Below the pieces are notes generated by a model that saw only the letters and a program-made list of their open reading frames with translations, searched no databases and was not told the origin of the DNA. A stretch of 64,000 nucleotides of DNA. It comes from an uncultured Candidatus Saccharibacteria bacterium. GTDB taxonomy: Bacteria > Patescibacteriota > Saccharimonadia > Saccharimonadales > Saccharimonadaceae. Position numbers and translations under genes: made by a program. Below are positions 27,501 through 37,025 of this stretch, in pieces. Within the stretch, counting starts at the first letter, position 1, and each line of letters begins with the position of its first letter. Location: contig CBDFCT010000001.1 in NCBI GenBank assembly GCA_965246155.1, positions 3,501 to 67,500 on the forward strand, in the 5' to 3' direction.

Positions 27501-28394
27501 GTGAACCGTGATAGTTTTAGGGCGTTGGAGCAATACCAGTCGACTGCTGCAAATGCAGATAAGCGCCCTACTGGTGTAGAGCGTATGCTAGGTGGCGTAG
27601 CGGCTCGGACACCTCAGTTGCCCAAGCAAAATAGCGTTAATCCGGACGTAGATCAAGTCGATGATTACGATAAAGTAAATCATGAGCGACGTCGGGAACT
27701 AATGGAAGAGCTGGTTAGTCAGCCAATTGACCGGGCAGTGCTGGATGACTCTATCTTATTGATTGGTCCGATGGGGGCGGGCAAGAGCTCGGTTGGTAAC
27801 GACTTAGCTAATATGACGCATCGACAATGCATCTCGCTTGATAGTCCGGACGTACAAGATAGCTATGACTTAGATAAGCTGGAGCAAGACCCCGACTACC
27901 GTGACTTTAAGGATAAAGAGTTTTATCTGACGGCTCGGGTCTTGTCTGATCTGGACCGACCGAGCATCGTTGATTTTGGAGCCGGTCATTCCGTCTATGA
28001 AGATGAGGCGATGTTTGATCAAATGAAGCGGCTGATCTCCCGGTTTAAGAACGTCGTATTACTGATGCCGTCAGCTGACAAAGAGGTTTCTCTGCGGGTG
28101 CTGAATCAGCATCTAGCCGATCGCCTAGCTAAATCAACCAAACAGAATGACAATCAGTCGGTTGCTCGGCTAGCCTTATCAAGGCTGCTGACCGCCCGGC
28201 GTCTGCGTCGTCAAGGAGAGAGTGCCGAGTATAAGCAACTGACCAGAGAGATGCATGATAACGAGCATTTTGTCGACATGCCTTGCAATGAAGAGCTGGC
28301 CACTCAGATCCAATATACCGACGGCTGGACACCCGACCAGATAGCTCGAGGTATTTTAGCCAGTATCGAAGCACGGTCGGTTGAGCAGATGTAA
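27501..28394 (+). CDS. P-loop NTPase, shikimate-kinase-like/AAA-type nucleotide kinase fold, with N- and C-terminal extensions
   Basis: ILLIGPMGAGKSSVGNDLA Walker A, followed by ...ISLDS.. and DFGAGHSV. SD AAGGAGG upstream of the GTG. TTGACA-N17-TAAAAC promoter at about 27444-27472. Confidence 0.5.
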   Translation: MNRDSFRALEQYQSTAANADKRPTGVERMLGGVAARTPQLPKQNSVNPDVDQVDDYDKVNHERRRELMEELVSQPIDRAVLDDSILLIGPMGAGKSSVGNDLANMTHRQCISLDSPDVQDSYDLDKLEQDPDYRDFKDKEFYLTARVLSDLDRPSIVDFGAGHSVYEDEAMFDQMKRLISRFKNVVLLMPSADKEVSLRVLNQHLADRLAKSTKQNDNQSVARLALSRLLTARRLRRQGESAEYKQLTREMHDNEHFVDMPCNEELATQIQYTDGWTPDQIARGILASIEARSVEQM

Positions 28395-28430
28395 GTCGAA
28401 TTGGCTGGGGGCTACTCTCGGCAAAACCCT

Positions 28431-28460
28431 ATCCCTCTTCTGAACAGAGGGATTTTATTT
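28431..28460 (+). terminator. Rho-independent terminator
   Basis: ATCCCTCT-tctgaac-AGAGGGAT followed by TTTTATTT. Confidence 0.6.
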
Positions 28461-28490
28461 AGTTCTGCGAAGTAGGCATAATTACAACAT

Positions 28491-28517
28491 TTAGCACTCT
28501 TGACACGTGAGTGCTAA
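28491..28517. promoter_or_regulatory. CIRCE operator (perfect consensus) overlapping the dnaK promoter
   Basis: TTAGCACTC-TTGACACGT-GAGTGCTAA. The -35 TTGACA lies in the spacer, followed by N17 and TATACT (28523-28528). Confidence 0.9.
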
Positions 28518-28601
28518 AAATCTATACTGAATACAGTTAATGCTAACATTAGCATTAAACAGGTTAGGGTAGATGAATTTGTAATAGAAAGGATGAAATA
28601 T

Positions 28602-30497
28602 ATGAGTGCAATTATCGGGATTGACCTAGGGACGACCAATAGTGCTTTTGCTTATCTGGTGGCCGGTAAACCTGAGATCATCACCAATAAGGAAGGCAAT
28701 CGTACTACTCCGTCGGTAGTGGCGATCAATAGCAAGGGTGAACGTTTGGTCGGACAAGTGGCTGAGCGCCAGCGGGTGGTTAACGCCGAGAATACGATCT
28801 ACGCCATCAAGCGATTGATTGGTCGTCGGTTTAAGGATCCGGAAGTCCAGAACGACATCAAGATCATGCCGTATAAGATCGTTAATAATAAAGGTAATGC
28901 GGCGGTTGAGCTTCAGGGCAAGGTCTATAGCCCGGAGGAAATCAGCGCCATGATCTTGTCGAAGGTCAAGGCTGATGCTGAGAAATACCTAGGTCAGCCT
29001 GTCACCGAAGCAGTGATTACCGTCCCCGCCTACTTTGATGATAGTCAGCGCCAGGCGACTAAAGATGCCGGTAAGATCGCCGGGCTGGAAGTCAAGCGGA
29101 TTGTCAATGAGCCAACGGCAGCAGCACTAGCCTATGGACTGGAGAAAAATAACGATGAGAAGATAGTCGTCTTTGACTTAGGCGGTGGCACCTTTGATGT
29201 CTCTATCCTGGAGCTGGGTGACGGAGTCTTTGAGGTTAAGTCGACTAATGGTGATACTCACCTGGGCGGCGAAGACTTTGACAACCGGATCGTCAATCAC
29301 TTCTTAGACAAGTTTAAGAATGATACCGGTATTGACCTGTCGGGTGATAAGGCTGCTATGCAACGACTCAAGGATGAGGCCGAGAAAGCTAAGAAGGAGC
29401 TGAGTACTACTACCGAATATGAGGTAAGCTTGCCCTTCATCACCGCTGATGCTAATGGTCCGAAGCACTTTGAGACCAAGCTAACCAGGGCAGAGATGAT
29501 TGATTGGTGCTCCGACCTGATCGATCGTCTAGCCGGACCGTGTGATAAGGCGATGAAAGATGCCGGCATCAAACCGGCCGACATTGGTCATGTTGTCTTA
29601 GTCGGTGGTATGACTCGTATGCCGGCAGTGGTAGATAAAGCCAAGAGTATCTTTAAGAAAGATCCGATGGCCGGTGTTAACCCTGACGAAGTGGTAGCTG
29701 ATGGCGCCGCTATCCAGGGTGGAGTCTTGTCGGGTGATGTCAAGGACGTCTTGCTGCTAGATGTTACACCGCTGTCGCTAGGCATTGAGACGATGGGCGG
29801 GGTATCCACTAAGCTGATTGAGCGTAATTCGACCATCCCGACTAGCAAGTCGCAAGTTTTCTCGACGGCAGCCGACAACCAGCCGCAGGTCGAGATCAAT
29901 GTGCTGCAAGGTGAGCGAGAGTTTGCCAACGACAACAAGTCGCTAGGCAGATTTATCCTGGATGGCATTGCTCCGGCACCACGTGGCGTACCTCAGATAG
30001 AAGTGACCTTCAATATCGATGCCAACGGTATTCTGAATGTCTCAGCCAAAGACAAGGGTACGGGCAAAGAGCAGTCAATCACCATCCAGAATAGCGGTAA
30101 CTTATCTAAAGAGGATATCGCCAAGGCGCAAGCAGAAGCGGAGGCGCACGCCGAAGAAGATAAGCAAAAGCGAGAGATGACTGATGCTCGCAATACGTTA
30201 GAGAGCATGATCTACCAGGCAAAGAAGATGCCGGATGAGTTCAAAGACAAGATTACCGAGGATGACAAAAAGGCACTGACCGAAGCGGCGGCTGAGGCGG
30301 AAAAGCATCTGAAAGCCGAGTCAAAGGACGAGCTGGAGTCGGCTACCAAAGAATTGTCTGAGAAGATGCAAAGTATCGGAGCGAAGCTCTATCAGGCGGC
30401 AGCTGAGTCAGCCAAGCAGTCAGGTGATCAGAAGTCCGGTGAGTCCGGCGGGGCTGATGGCGACACCGTTGAGGGCGAGGTAGTGGATAAGAAATAG
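28602..30497 (+). CDS. dnaK: Chaperone DnaK (Hsp70)
   Basis: [22 protein letters not shown], and full-length Hsp70 collinearity. ATG 28602 is preferred over 28593 because of SD spacing. Confidence 0.97.
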   Translation: MSAIIGIDLGTTNSAFAYLVAGKPEIITNKEGNRTTPSVVAINSKGERLVGQVAERQRVVNAENTIYAIKRLIGRRFKDPEVQNDIKIMPYKIVNNKGNAAVELQGKVYSPEEISAMILSKVKADAEKYLGQPVTEAVITVPAYFDDSQRQATKDAGKIAGLEVKRIVNEPTAAALAYGLEKNNDEKIVVFDLGGGTFDVSILELGDGVFEVKSTNGDTHLGGEDFDNRIVNHFLDKFKNDTGIDLSGDKAAMQRLKDEAEKAKKELSTTTEYEVSLPFITADANGPKHFETKLTRAEMIDWCSDLIDRLAGPCDKAMKDAGIKPADIGHVVLVGGMTRMPAVVDKAKSIFKKDPMAGVNPDEVVADGAAIQGGVLSGDVKDVLLLDVTPLSLGIETMGGVSTKLIERNSTIPTSKSQVFSTAADNQPQVEINVLQGEREFANDNKSLGRFILDGIAPAPRGVPQIEVTFNIDANGILNVSAKDKGTGKEQSITIQNSGNLSKEDIAKAQAEAEAHAEEDKQKREMTDARNTLESMIYQAKKMPDEFKDKITEDDKKALTEAAAEAEKHLKAESKDELESATKELSEKMQSIGAKLYQAAAESAKQSGDQKSGESGGADGDTVEGEVVDKK

Positions 30498-30519
30498 CTC
30501 CCGCTACCGTTAAAGACAA

Positions 30520-30555
30520 ATAGTGCAACGATCATAGCGTCGTTGCACTATTTTG
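30520..30555 (+). terminator. Rho-independent terminator of dnaK
   Basis: 12-bp stem ATAGTGCAACGA / TCGTTGCACTAT, 8-nt loop, TTTT. Confidence 0.7.
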
Positions 30556-30581
30556 CTTGGGTCTAGGCTATAATACTAATC

Positions 30582-31715
30582 ATGTCAATCAAGCAACGTC
30601 CCGCTAAGAGCAAGAAGGATCAGACTAAGGATCAAGCAAAGGCCTTCCGAGTCCGACGGCGATCTAAAGTTCTGCGACGTCGAATGACAAAGCTCTCCGA
30701 GCTGAAGACTCGGACGCTGGTGGCGCTGATTGTGATGGTGGCGATACTAAGTGGGATCCTGGGCTTAGGCTGGTGGAAGCTAACACATCACGATAAGACT
30801 AATAGCCCGAGCAAGAAGCCGGTTGCCAAGCAGTCGCTGGCGATGCCGTATAGCAAGACAGTTGGTTTCATCGGCGATTCACTCACATACGGTTGCTGTC
30901 AAAAGGCGATACCGGCCCCGACCCTGGAGGTGCAACGCCTGGGCGGTGATTATCGGGCGATTAACCGGGGTGCCAATGGATCGACAACGACGGACTGGCT
31001 GGATAAACTACTGGAGCCGACACTAAAAGAGTTTAAGAAGAATAAGGTGGAAGTTGTCCAGGTGATGCTGGGTACTAACGACCTTGTCAAGAGGCTGCCG
31101 ACCGACGAGATCGTTGATCATCTGCGGGAGATAGCTGATCGTGTCAAGCGTAATGGGGCTAAGATGGTTATCGTTAATAATATTCCCTACTCCAGCCTGC
31201 TTGACGATGAACAGGCGCAGCATCTCAATATCCGGCTAGGGCATCTGGCGAGTGAACGAGATGTCTATATCGGCGATACTTCCGCCTACGATTACTTCAG
31301 GTCTCATCAGGAGCAGCTGACTGACGGCACCCACATGAACCAGGCCGGCTATCAGAAGCTGGCTGAGCTGTGGTCGGATGCGCTGGGGCGAGTGGCGTCT
31401 ACCGGCCGACAACCCCGCTTGACTTCACCTCTCTCTGACTATCGGTCTCGATCTAGGCAGGACCTAGTAATGACTCTGTCGAAGCCGGCGGAGTGGTTCT
31501 ACGTGTCAGAAGGGTATTATGCCGGTGTAGAAATGGACGGTGAGACGATTGACCGGATCAACTATCGTGTCGGTGGTACCGGCGACCGGACCAAGCTGGT
31601 CATCGGCCATGACTATCTGGATGAATTGAAGACCGGTGAGCATACTATCAAGGTTAAGTTTAGTGATGGTACCAGTGTGAGCCGGAAGTTTAAGATCGTT
31701 AAGGGTGACGATTAG
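30582..31715 (+). CDS. Membrane-anchored SGNH/GDSL hydrolase with C-terminal Ig-like domain
   Basis: Block I FIGDSLTYG, block III MLGTNDL, block V DGTHMNQAGY. N-terminal TM helix. TATAAT lies 7 nt upstream of the ATG. Confidence 0.7.
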   Translation: MSIKQRPAKSKKDQTKDQAKAFRVRRRSKVLRRRMTKLSELKTRTLVALIVMVAILSGILGLGWWKLTHHDKTNSPSKKPVAKQSLAMPYSKTVGFIGDSLTYGCCQKAIPAPTLEVQRLGGDYRAINRGANGSTTTDWLDKLLEPTLKEFKKNKVEVVQVMLGTNDLVKRLPTDEIVDHLREIADRVKRNGAKMVIVNNIPYSSLLDDEQAQHLNIRLGHLASERDVYIGDTSAYDYFRSHQEQLTDGTHMNQAGYQKLAELWSDALGRVASTGRQPRLTSPLSDYRSRSRQDLVMTLSKPAEWFYVSEGYYAGVEMDGETIDRINYRVGGTGDRTKLVIGHDYLDELKTGEHTIKVKFSDGTSVSRKFKIVKGDD

Positions 31716-31738
31716 CACTCTTGCTAGCTGAGTGCCAG
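31712..31738. promoter_or_regulatory. CIRCE operator overlapping the dnaJ promoter and the upstream stop codon
   Basis: TTAGCACTC-TTGCTAGCT-GAGTGCCAG, then TATAAT (31744-31749) plus 6 nt to ATG 31756. Confidence 0.8.
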
Positions 31739-31755
31739 TATAGTATAATCACACC

Positions 31756-32862
31756 ATGCCAGAAAAGAGGGATTACTATGATGTATTAGGCGTCAAGAAA
31801 GGCGCCTCGGCTGATGAGATCAAGAAGTCTTTTCGTAAACTAGCCATGAAATACCACCCCGATCGCAATCCGGGTGATAAAGAATCGGAGGCTAGGTTTA
31901 AGGAAGTGAATGAAGCCTACGAAGTGCTTAAAGATAGCGATAAGCGGCGCCGTTACGACCAGTTCGGGCATGCCGGAGTCGGTGGGGCAGCTGGCGGAGG
32001 TGGCAATCCGTTCGCCGGCTTTAATGGTCAGGAGGTGCATTTCGATTTTGACAGCTTCGGTGATATGGGTGATATCTTTAGTCAATTCTTTGGTGGCGGA
32101 CAGACCACTGCCCGTCGTCGCTCTCGTCACGGTAGAGATATCGAGACAGCAGTGACGGTATCGTTTAGCGAGGCTATCTTTGGCACGGAGAAAACTATCG
32201 TCATTAACACTAACATTACCTGTGATCGTTGTCACGGCGATGGAGCTGAGCCCGGCTATGAACAGAAGACCTGTCCGACCTGTGGCGGTAGCGGGCAGGA
32301 AGTGCATATAGTTAACTCACTGTTCGGTCGGGTGCAGCAGGCGACCACTTGCCGTACTTGCGGTGGTGACGGCAAGGTGGCGGACAAGAAATGTACTAAG
32401 TGTAGTGGTAAGGGCGTGGTGAGAGAGAGGCAGTCGATCAAGCTCAAGATCCCCGCCGGGGTGGACGAAGGCTCGGCAATTCGCTTGTCGGGGCGGGGTG
32501 AGGCGGTCAAGGACGGACGACCGGGTGACCTGTATGTCTTAATTCACGTTCAGCCGGACAAGAAATTCACTCGGGATGGTGATCTGGTGCTGAGTGAGGA
32601 GCATGTCTCGATGGTGGATGCCAGCTTGGGCTGTGAGCTGGAAGTAGAGACGGTAGACGGTCCTTTAGTAATGAAAGTGCCGGCAGGGACGCAATCGGGC
32701 ACGGACTTCCGGCTGAGTGGGCACGGGGCGCCGCAGGGGCGAGGACGTGATCGGGGTCCTCAGATAGTAACTATCAGAGTTGATACACCGACCGGACTGA
32801 CTAAGAAGCAGCGAGAGCTTCTGGCGGAGTTTCAGCAAGCGGGACGCAAGCGGTTTATCTAG
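31756..32862 (+). CDS. dnaJ: Co-chaperone DnaJ
   Basis: J-domain HPD ([10 protein letters not shown]), G/F region, four CxxCxGxG zinc motifs. Confidence 0.95.
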   Translation: MPEKRDYYDVLGVKKGASADEIKKSFRKLAMKYHPDRNPGDKESEARFKEVNEAYEVLKDSDKRRRYDQFGHAGVGGAAGGGGNPFAGFNGQEVHFDFDSFGDMGDIFSQFFGGGQTTARRRSRHGRDIETAVTVSFSEAIFGTEKTIVINTNITCDRCHGDGAEPGYEQKTCPTCGGSGQEVHIVNSLFGRVQQATTCRTCGGDGKVADKKCTKCSGKGVVRERQSIKLKIPAGVDEGSAIRLSGRGEAVKDGRPGDLYVLIHVQPDKKFTRDGDLVLSEEHVSMVDASLGCELEVETVDGPLVMKVPAGTQSGTDFRLSGHGAPQGRGRDRGPQIVTIRVDTPTGLTKKQRELLAEFQQAGRKRFI

Positions 32863-32920
32863 CCGCCACCTGAGCGAGCTTAAAATGTGTGCGGTTTGGC
32901 TATGCTATAATAGCCATGTT

Positions 32921-32995
32921 GCGGGTGTCGTATAGCGGTTAATATCCAAGTTTTCCAAACTTGTGACGAGAGTTCAACTCTCTCCGCCCGCACCA
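32921..32995 (+). tRNA. tRNA-Gly (anticodon TCC)
   Basis: Hand-folded: acceptor GCGGGTG/CGCCCGC, anticodon stem CAAGT/ACTTG, loop TTTCCAA, T-arm GAGAG-TTCAACT-CTCTC, encoded CCA. TGCTATAAT ends 9 nt upstream. Confidence 0.85.
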
Positions 32996-33007
32996 AGGAC
33001 TTATATT

Positions 33008-33694
33008 ATGCAAGAGACGATTGTCGGTATTATGAATCATTGGGGCTACCTGGGGGTATTCCTGCTGGTGGCGGTCGAGAATATTTTTCCGCCGATTCCA
33101 TCTGAGGTTATCCTGTTGTTTGGTGGGGCGCTGACGGCTACGGCGTTGGGCGGTAAGCTAGGGATGGTCGGCATGATTGCGGCGGCGACGCTAGGGGCAT
33201 TAGTGGGGGCGGTTTTGCTCTATTATATTGGTAAGATTCTCAAGGTTGAACGGCTTAAGAAGCTGGTGTCGGGCAAGCCGGGTAAAGTGCTACGTCTCAG
33301 ACCGGCAGATATTGAGCGAGCCGACAGTTGGTTTGATGATAAGGGCAATATCACAGTTCTTTTCTGTCGCTGCGTGCCGATCTTGCGGAGCTTGATTTCT
33401 ATCCCGGCCGGTATGAGCGAGATGCCGATGGGGCGATTCCTCGTCTACACCGTCCTAGGTTCGGCGGTCTGGAATACTGTACTGGTGGTCATCGGCCACA
33501 ATCTGGGTGACAACTGGCAGTCAATCCTCGGCTTCTTTGATAAGTTCTCTGATGTAGTATTGGCAGCCTGTGTCGTGGTAGCCATAATCGTGCTGGTCTG
33601 GTGGTTTGGTTTTCGCCACCCTTCCTCTCGCCGGGTGAGTCGGACTAAAGAGGGTAAAGGCACCAAAGAAAGCGAGTCCGATCCTCGTGGATAA
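33008..33694 (+). CDS. dedA: DedA-family membrane protein
   Basis: GYLGVFLLVAVENIFPPIPSEVILLFGG hallmark. Start moved from 32963, which overlapped the tRNA, to ATG 33008. Confidence 0.8.
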   Translation: MQETIVGIMNHWGYLGVFLLVAVENIFPPIPSEVILLFGGALTATALGGKLGMVGMIAAATLGALVGAVLLYYIGKILKVERLKKLVSGKPGKVLRLRPADIERADSWFDDKGNITVLFCRCVPILRSLISIPAGMSEMPMGRFLVYTVLGSAVWNTVLVVIGHNLGDNWQSILGFFDKFSDVVLAACVVVAIIVLVWWFGFRHPSSRRVSRTKEGKGTKESESDPRG

Positions 33695-35456
33695 GCCGGC
33701 TCAAGACGAGACTAAGCAGAGACCAAAGACCTTCTGGCGTAACTTGCGTCGCACGGCCAGGTATACTAAGTCGTCAAGGAAATATGTTATCATTTACATC
33801 GCTTTCGGTCTGATCGAGATCCCTGTCAGTGTGATTATTCCTATGCTAGCAGCGCAACGAATTCTTGATCTGACTAGCAATCATTTAGACCAACTGCTCT
33901 ATACATCACTAGTAGTCTGTGGTATCGGTCTGTTTCAAAATATTCTAAACTATATTGATAACTACGTATATTTGAAACTCTTTATTCAGATAATGACAAA
34001 GCTCCGAATGGAGCTGACTCGTGAAGCATTGAAGCTGGAGGTGCGAGAGATTGACAAGGCTACGACTGGGCTATTCATTATTCGGATCAATGACGACGCT
34101 AATGATGTCAGCTATGTGCTCGGAGAGGGCATCTCCGAGATCACTGCAGTGCTGACTCGTGTCGGAGTAATGGGGGCGATCTTTGTCATGAATAAGTACA
34201 TGTTTATCTATGCTCTTATCACGGCACTAGTCACTTATGCTATCAAGCGCCGAGGTATGAAGCGGGAGTATGAGATCAAACGTAAAACCAGGAAGCTGGA
34301 AGAAAAGATGGCCGGCTTAACTAGCGAAATGATGCGGGGCGTCAGGGATATCAAGGTGCTAAATGCCGGGACAACCGTACTGAGTAAGATGTCGGAGCGA
34401 ATAGATCAGACTAATCGTGGCGAGATTAAAGAGCGTTCCACTCGTTGGCGACATTGGCTTGTTGCTGATTCTTTGGAGACGTTGCTTGGCTTCCTGTTTG
34501 TGGTGCTGGCGGTTGTGCTACTTCGTCACAACCTGATAACTATTCCCGTCATAGTAATAATATTTAACTATCGGAGTGAGATTATCAGTCTGGTAACTAA
34601 CATTACTTGGCTCATTGACTATGCTGAACGGTTTAATCTGGCTGCCGACCGAGTCTACGAAGTGATCGACAACAAGGTGTTTGACAAAGAGAAGTTCGGC
34701 GATATCGGCCTAGACCATCTGGAAGGTAAGATCGAATTTGACCAGGTTAGCTTCAGCTATGATCATGATGATCACAAGCGCCCGATCCTTGACCGGATCA
34801 GCTTCACCGTCCGACCCAACGAACGGGTTGCCTTCGTCGGGCGGAGTGGAGCAGGCAAGACCACTATCTTTAACCTGATCACTCGGCTCTACCATGCCGA
34901 CAGCGGCACCATTAAGCTGGATGGCTACGACATTGAATCACTAACCCGTGATTCTATCAGAGACAACATGTCGATCATCACTCAGTCGCCCTATATCTTT
35001 AACTTCTCAATCAAGGACAACCTGCTGATCGCTAAACCCGGTGCTAGCATGCGAGAGATACGCTCGGTCTGTCAGGCAGCCTGCATCGATGACTACATCA
35101 TGTCCTTGCCGGACGGCTACGAGACTATACTGGGTGAGGGCGGTGTCATCCTATCAGGTGGACAACGCCAACGCCTGGCTATCGCCCGAGCCCTACTCAA
35201 AAGGACCGAAGTAATCCTCTTCGATGAGGCAACCAGTGCTCTAGATAACGAGACCCAGGAGCGGATCCAGCGAGCTATCGGCAACCTCCAGGGTGAATAT
35301 ACCATTCTGATCGTCGCTCACCGCCTATCTACAGTTATCGACAGTGACCGAATCTTCGTCGTTGATAAAGGTAAGATAGTCGCCAGTGGCACCCATCAGG
35401 AGCTGCTACGTAGCTGCCAATTCTATCACGACCTCTACCGGAAAGATTTGGTGTAG
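33687..35456 (+). CDS. ABC exporter, fused permease/ATP-binding protein
   Basis: Six-TM N-terminal half. Walker A GRSGAGKTT, signature LSGGQRQ, Walker B ILFDEATSALD. The GTG start overlaps the dedA stop by 8 nt. Confidence 0.85.
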   Translation: MDKPAQDETKQRPKTFWRNLRRTARYTKSSRKYVIIYIAFGLIEIPVSVIIPMLAAQRILDLTSNHLDQLLYTSLVVCGIGLFQNILNYIDNYVYLKLFIQIMTKLRMELTREALKLEVREIDKATTGLFIIRINDDANDVSYVLGEGISEITAVLTRVGVMGAIFVMNKYMFIYALITALVTYAIKRRGMKREYEIKRKTRKLEEKMAGLTSEMMRGVRDIKVLNAGTTVLSKMSERIDQTNRGEIKERSTRWRHWLVADSLETLLGFLFVVLAVVLLRHNLITIPVIVIIFNYRSEIISLVTNITWLIDYAERFNLAADRVYEVIDNKVFDKEKFGDIGLDHLEGKIEFDQVSFSYDHDDHKRPILDRISFTVRPNERVAFVGRSGAGKTTIFNLITRLYHADSGTIKLDGYDIESLTRDSIRDNMSIITQSPYIFNFSIKDNLLIAKPGASMREIRSVCQAACIDDYIMSLPDGYETILGEGGVILSGGQRQRLAIARALLKRTEVILFDEATSALDNETQERIQRAIGNLQGEYTILIVAHRLSTVIDSDRIFVVDKGKIVASGTHQELLRSCQFYHDLYRKDLV

Positions 35457-35497
35457 GGATACTTGGCTACTAAAAGATGATGCTATAATGGTGCTGT

Positions 35498-35574
35498 GCT
35501 CCAGTAGCTCAGGGGATTAGAGCAGGTGGCTTCTATCCACCGTGTCGGGGGTTCGAATCCCTCCTGGAGTACCA
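35498..35574 (+). tRNA. tRNA-Arg (anticodon TCT)
   Basis: Hand-folded: anticodon stem GGTGG/CCACC, loop CTTCTAT, T-arm GGGGG-TTCGAAT-CCCTC, encoded CCA, G1-U72 wobble. TGCTATAAT ends 8 nt upstream. Confidence 0.85.
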
Positions 35575-35679
35575 GGCTTTATTGATAATTTCAAGCATTA
35601 TTAGCTGACGTAAAGCAGCTCGGAAATTAGCCGTCATGGATAATGGTATAATGCTAGCAGTAAAGAAAGAGGGTATAAA

Positions 35680-36954
35680 ATGGCGAAAATTAGTAAAGTG
35701 CAAGCGCGCTGGATTCTAGACTCACGGGGCAACCCGACGGTTGAGGCGGTAGTTGGGCTGGATGACGGCTCGCATGGTCAAGCCGCCGTACCGAGTGGCG
35801 CTTCAACTGGGGCGGCCGAAGCTTTAGAGCTAAGAGATGGCGGCAACCGTTTTATGGGTAAGGGCGTTGACAAGGCGGTGGCTAATGTTAACCAACAGAT
35901 TGCGCCGGCATTAATTGGCATGGAGGCAACTGATCAGAGGGCGGTTGACCGGGCTATGCTACAGCTGGATGGTACTGACAACAAGTCTAAGTTGGGAGCT
36001 AATGCCATCTTGGCGGTGTCGTTAGCGACCGCTAAGGCGGCGGCCTCGTCAGAAGATTTGGCGCTGTGGCACTATATCGCTCAGCTAACTGATACTAGCG
36101 AGACTTCATTACCGTTGCCGATGATGAACATCATGAACGGCGGAGCGCATGCCAACTGGACGACTGATATTCAAGAATACATGATCATGCCAATCGGAGC
36201 GCCCAGCTTTGCCGAGGCGGTACGGCAGGCAAGTGAGGTCTTTCATCATCTAGGTAAGATTCTAAAGGAGCAGGGCTATCCTACCACCGTAGGTGACGAG
36301 GGTGGCTATGCTCCGCATTTACGAGGTGGTAATGGTGAGCCGCTTAAACTGATTGAACAGGCGGTGACTCAGGCGGGCTATCAGCTGGGACAAGATTTTG
36401 TCTTAGCGCTGGATGTGGCAGCCAGCGAGTTCTACCGTGATGGCTACTATGAACTAAAGAATGATAATGCTAAGCTGAATACCGACCAGATGATAGATTA
36501 TGTCCAGGAGCTAGTGGCGGGTAATCCGCTAGCTAGTGTCGAGGATGGCTTAGCTGAGGAAGACTGGGCCGGCTGGACCAAACTGACCGAAAGACTGGGT
36601 GCTGAGACGCAGCTAGTAGGCGATGACTTGCTGGTGACTAACACTCAGCGCCTCCAGAAAGCAATTGACCTCAAGGCTGGCAATGCTATCTTGGTTAAGC
36701 CTAATCAGATTGGCTCGCTCAGCGAGACGATTGATGCTGTCAAGCTGGCTAAAGCGAATGGCTTTAATACAGTGATGAGTCATCGGAGTGGCGAGACCGA
36801 GGACACGACTATTGCTCACTTGGCGGTTGGTCTGGGCTGTGGTCAGATCAAGACAGGCTCGCTTAGTCGGACTGACCGGGTGGCGAAGTACAATGAGCTA
36901 CTTCGGATTGCTGAGGCAAATCCGGACATGCCCTTTGTTAAGCCGGTACGCTAG
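35680..36954 (+). CDS. eno: Enolase
   Basis: [20 protein letters not shown], and full-length collinearity. Confidence 0.97.
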   Translation: MAKISKVQARWILDSRGNPTVEAVVGLDDGSHGQAAVPSGASTGAAEALELRDGGNRFMGKGVDKAVANVNQQIAPALIGMEATDQRAVDRAMLQLDGTDNKSKLGANAILAVSLATAKAAASSEDLALWHYIAQLTDTSETSLPLPMMNIMNGGAHANWTTDIQEYMIMPIGAPSFAEAVRQASEVFHHLGKILKEQGYPTTVGDEGGYAPHLRGGNGEPLKLIEQAVTQAGYQLGQDFVLALDVAASEFYRDGYYELKNDNAKLNTDQMIDYVQELVAGNPLASVEDGLAEEDWAGWTKLTERLGAETQLVGDDLLVTNTQRLQKAIDLKAGNAILVKPNQIGSLSETIDAVKLAKANGFNTVMSHRSGETEDTTIAHLAVGLGCGQIKTGSLSRTDRVAKYNELLRIAEANPDMPFVKPVR

Positions 36955-37025
36955 GCTATCATAAGTGAGCGACAAGTACACCTCGGCGCATTGACCGGGG
37001 CGTACTCTTAGCTCGGGTAGCTGAT

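Noticed and set aside
32963-33007. N-terminal extension of the DedA ORF (start at 32963), and an initial reading of the tRNA at 32921 as tRNA-Trp (CCA).
   Set aside because: The extension overlaps the tRNA. Careful numbering of the cloverleaf puts TCC, not CCA, at positions 34-36, so the tRNA is Gly. DedA starts at ATG 33008.
36955-37025. Possible terminator hairpin between eno and aspS (GTACACCTCGG...CCGGGGCGTAC).
   Set aside because: The pairing is imperfect and there is no adjacent T-run on either strand. The evidence is too weak to call.
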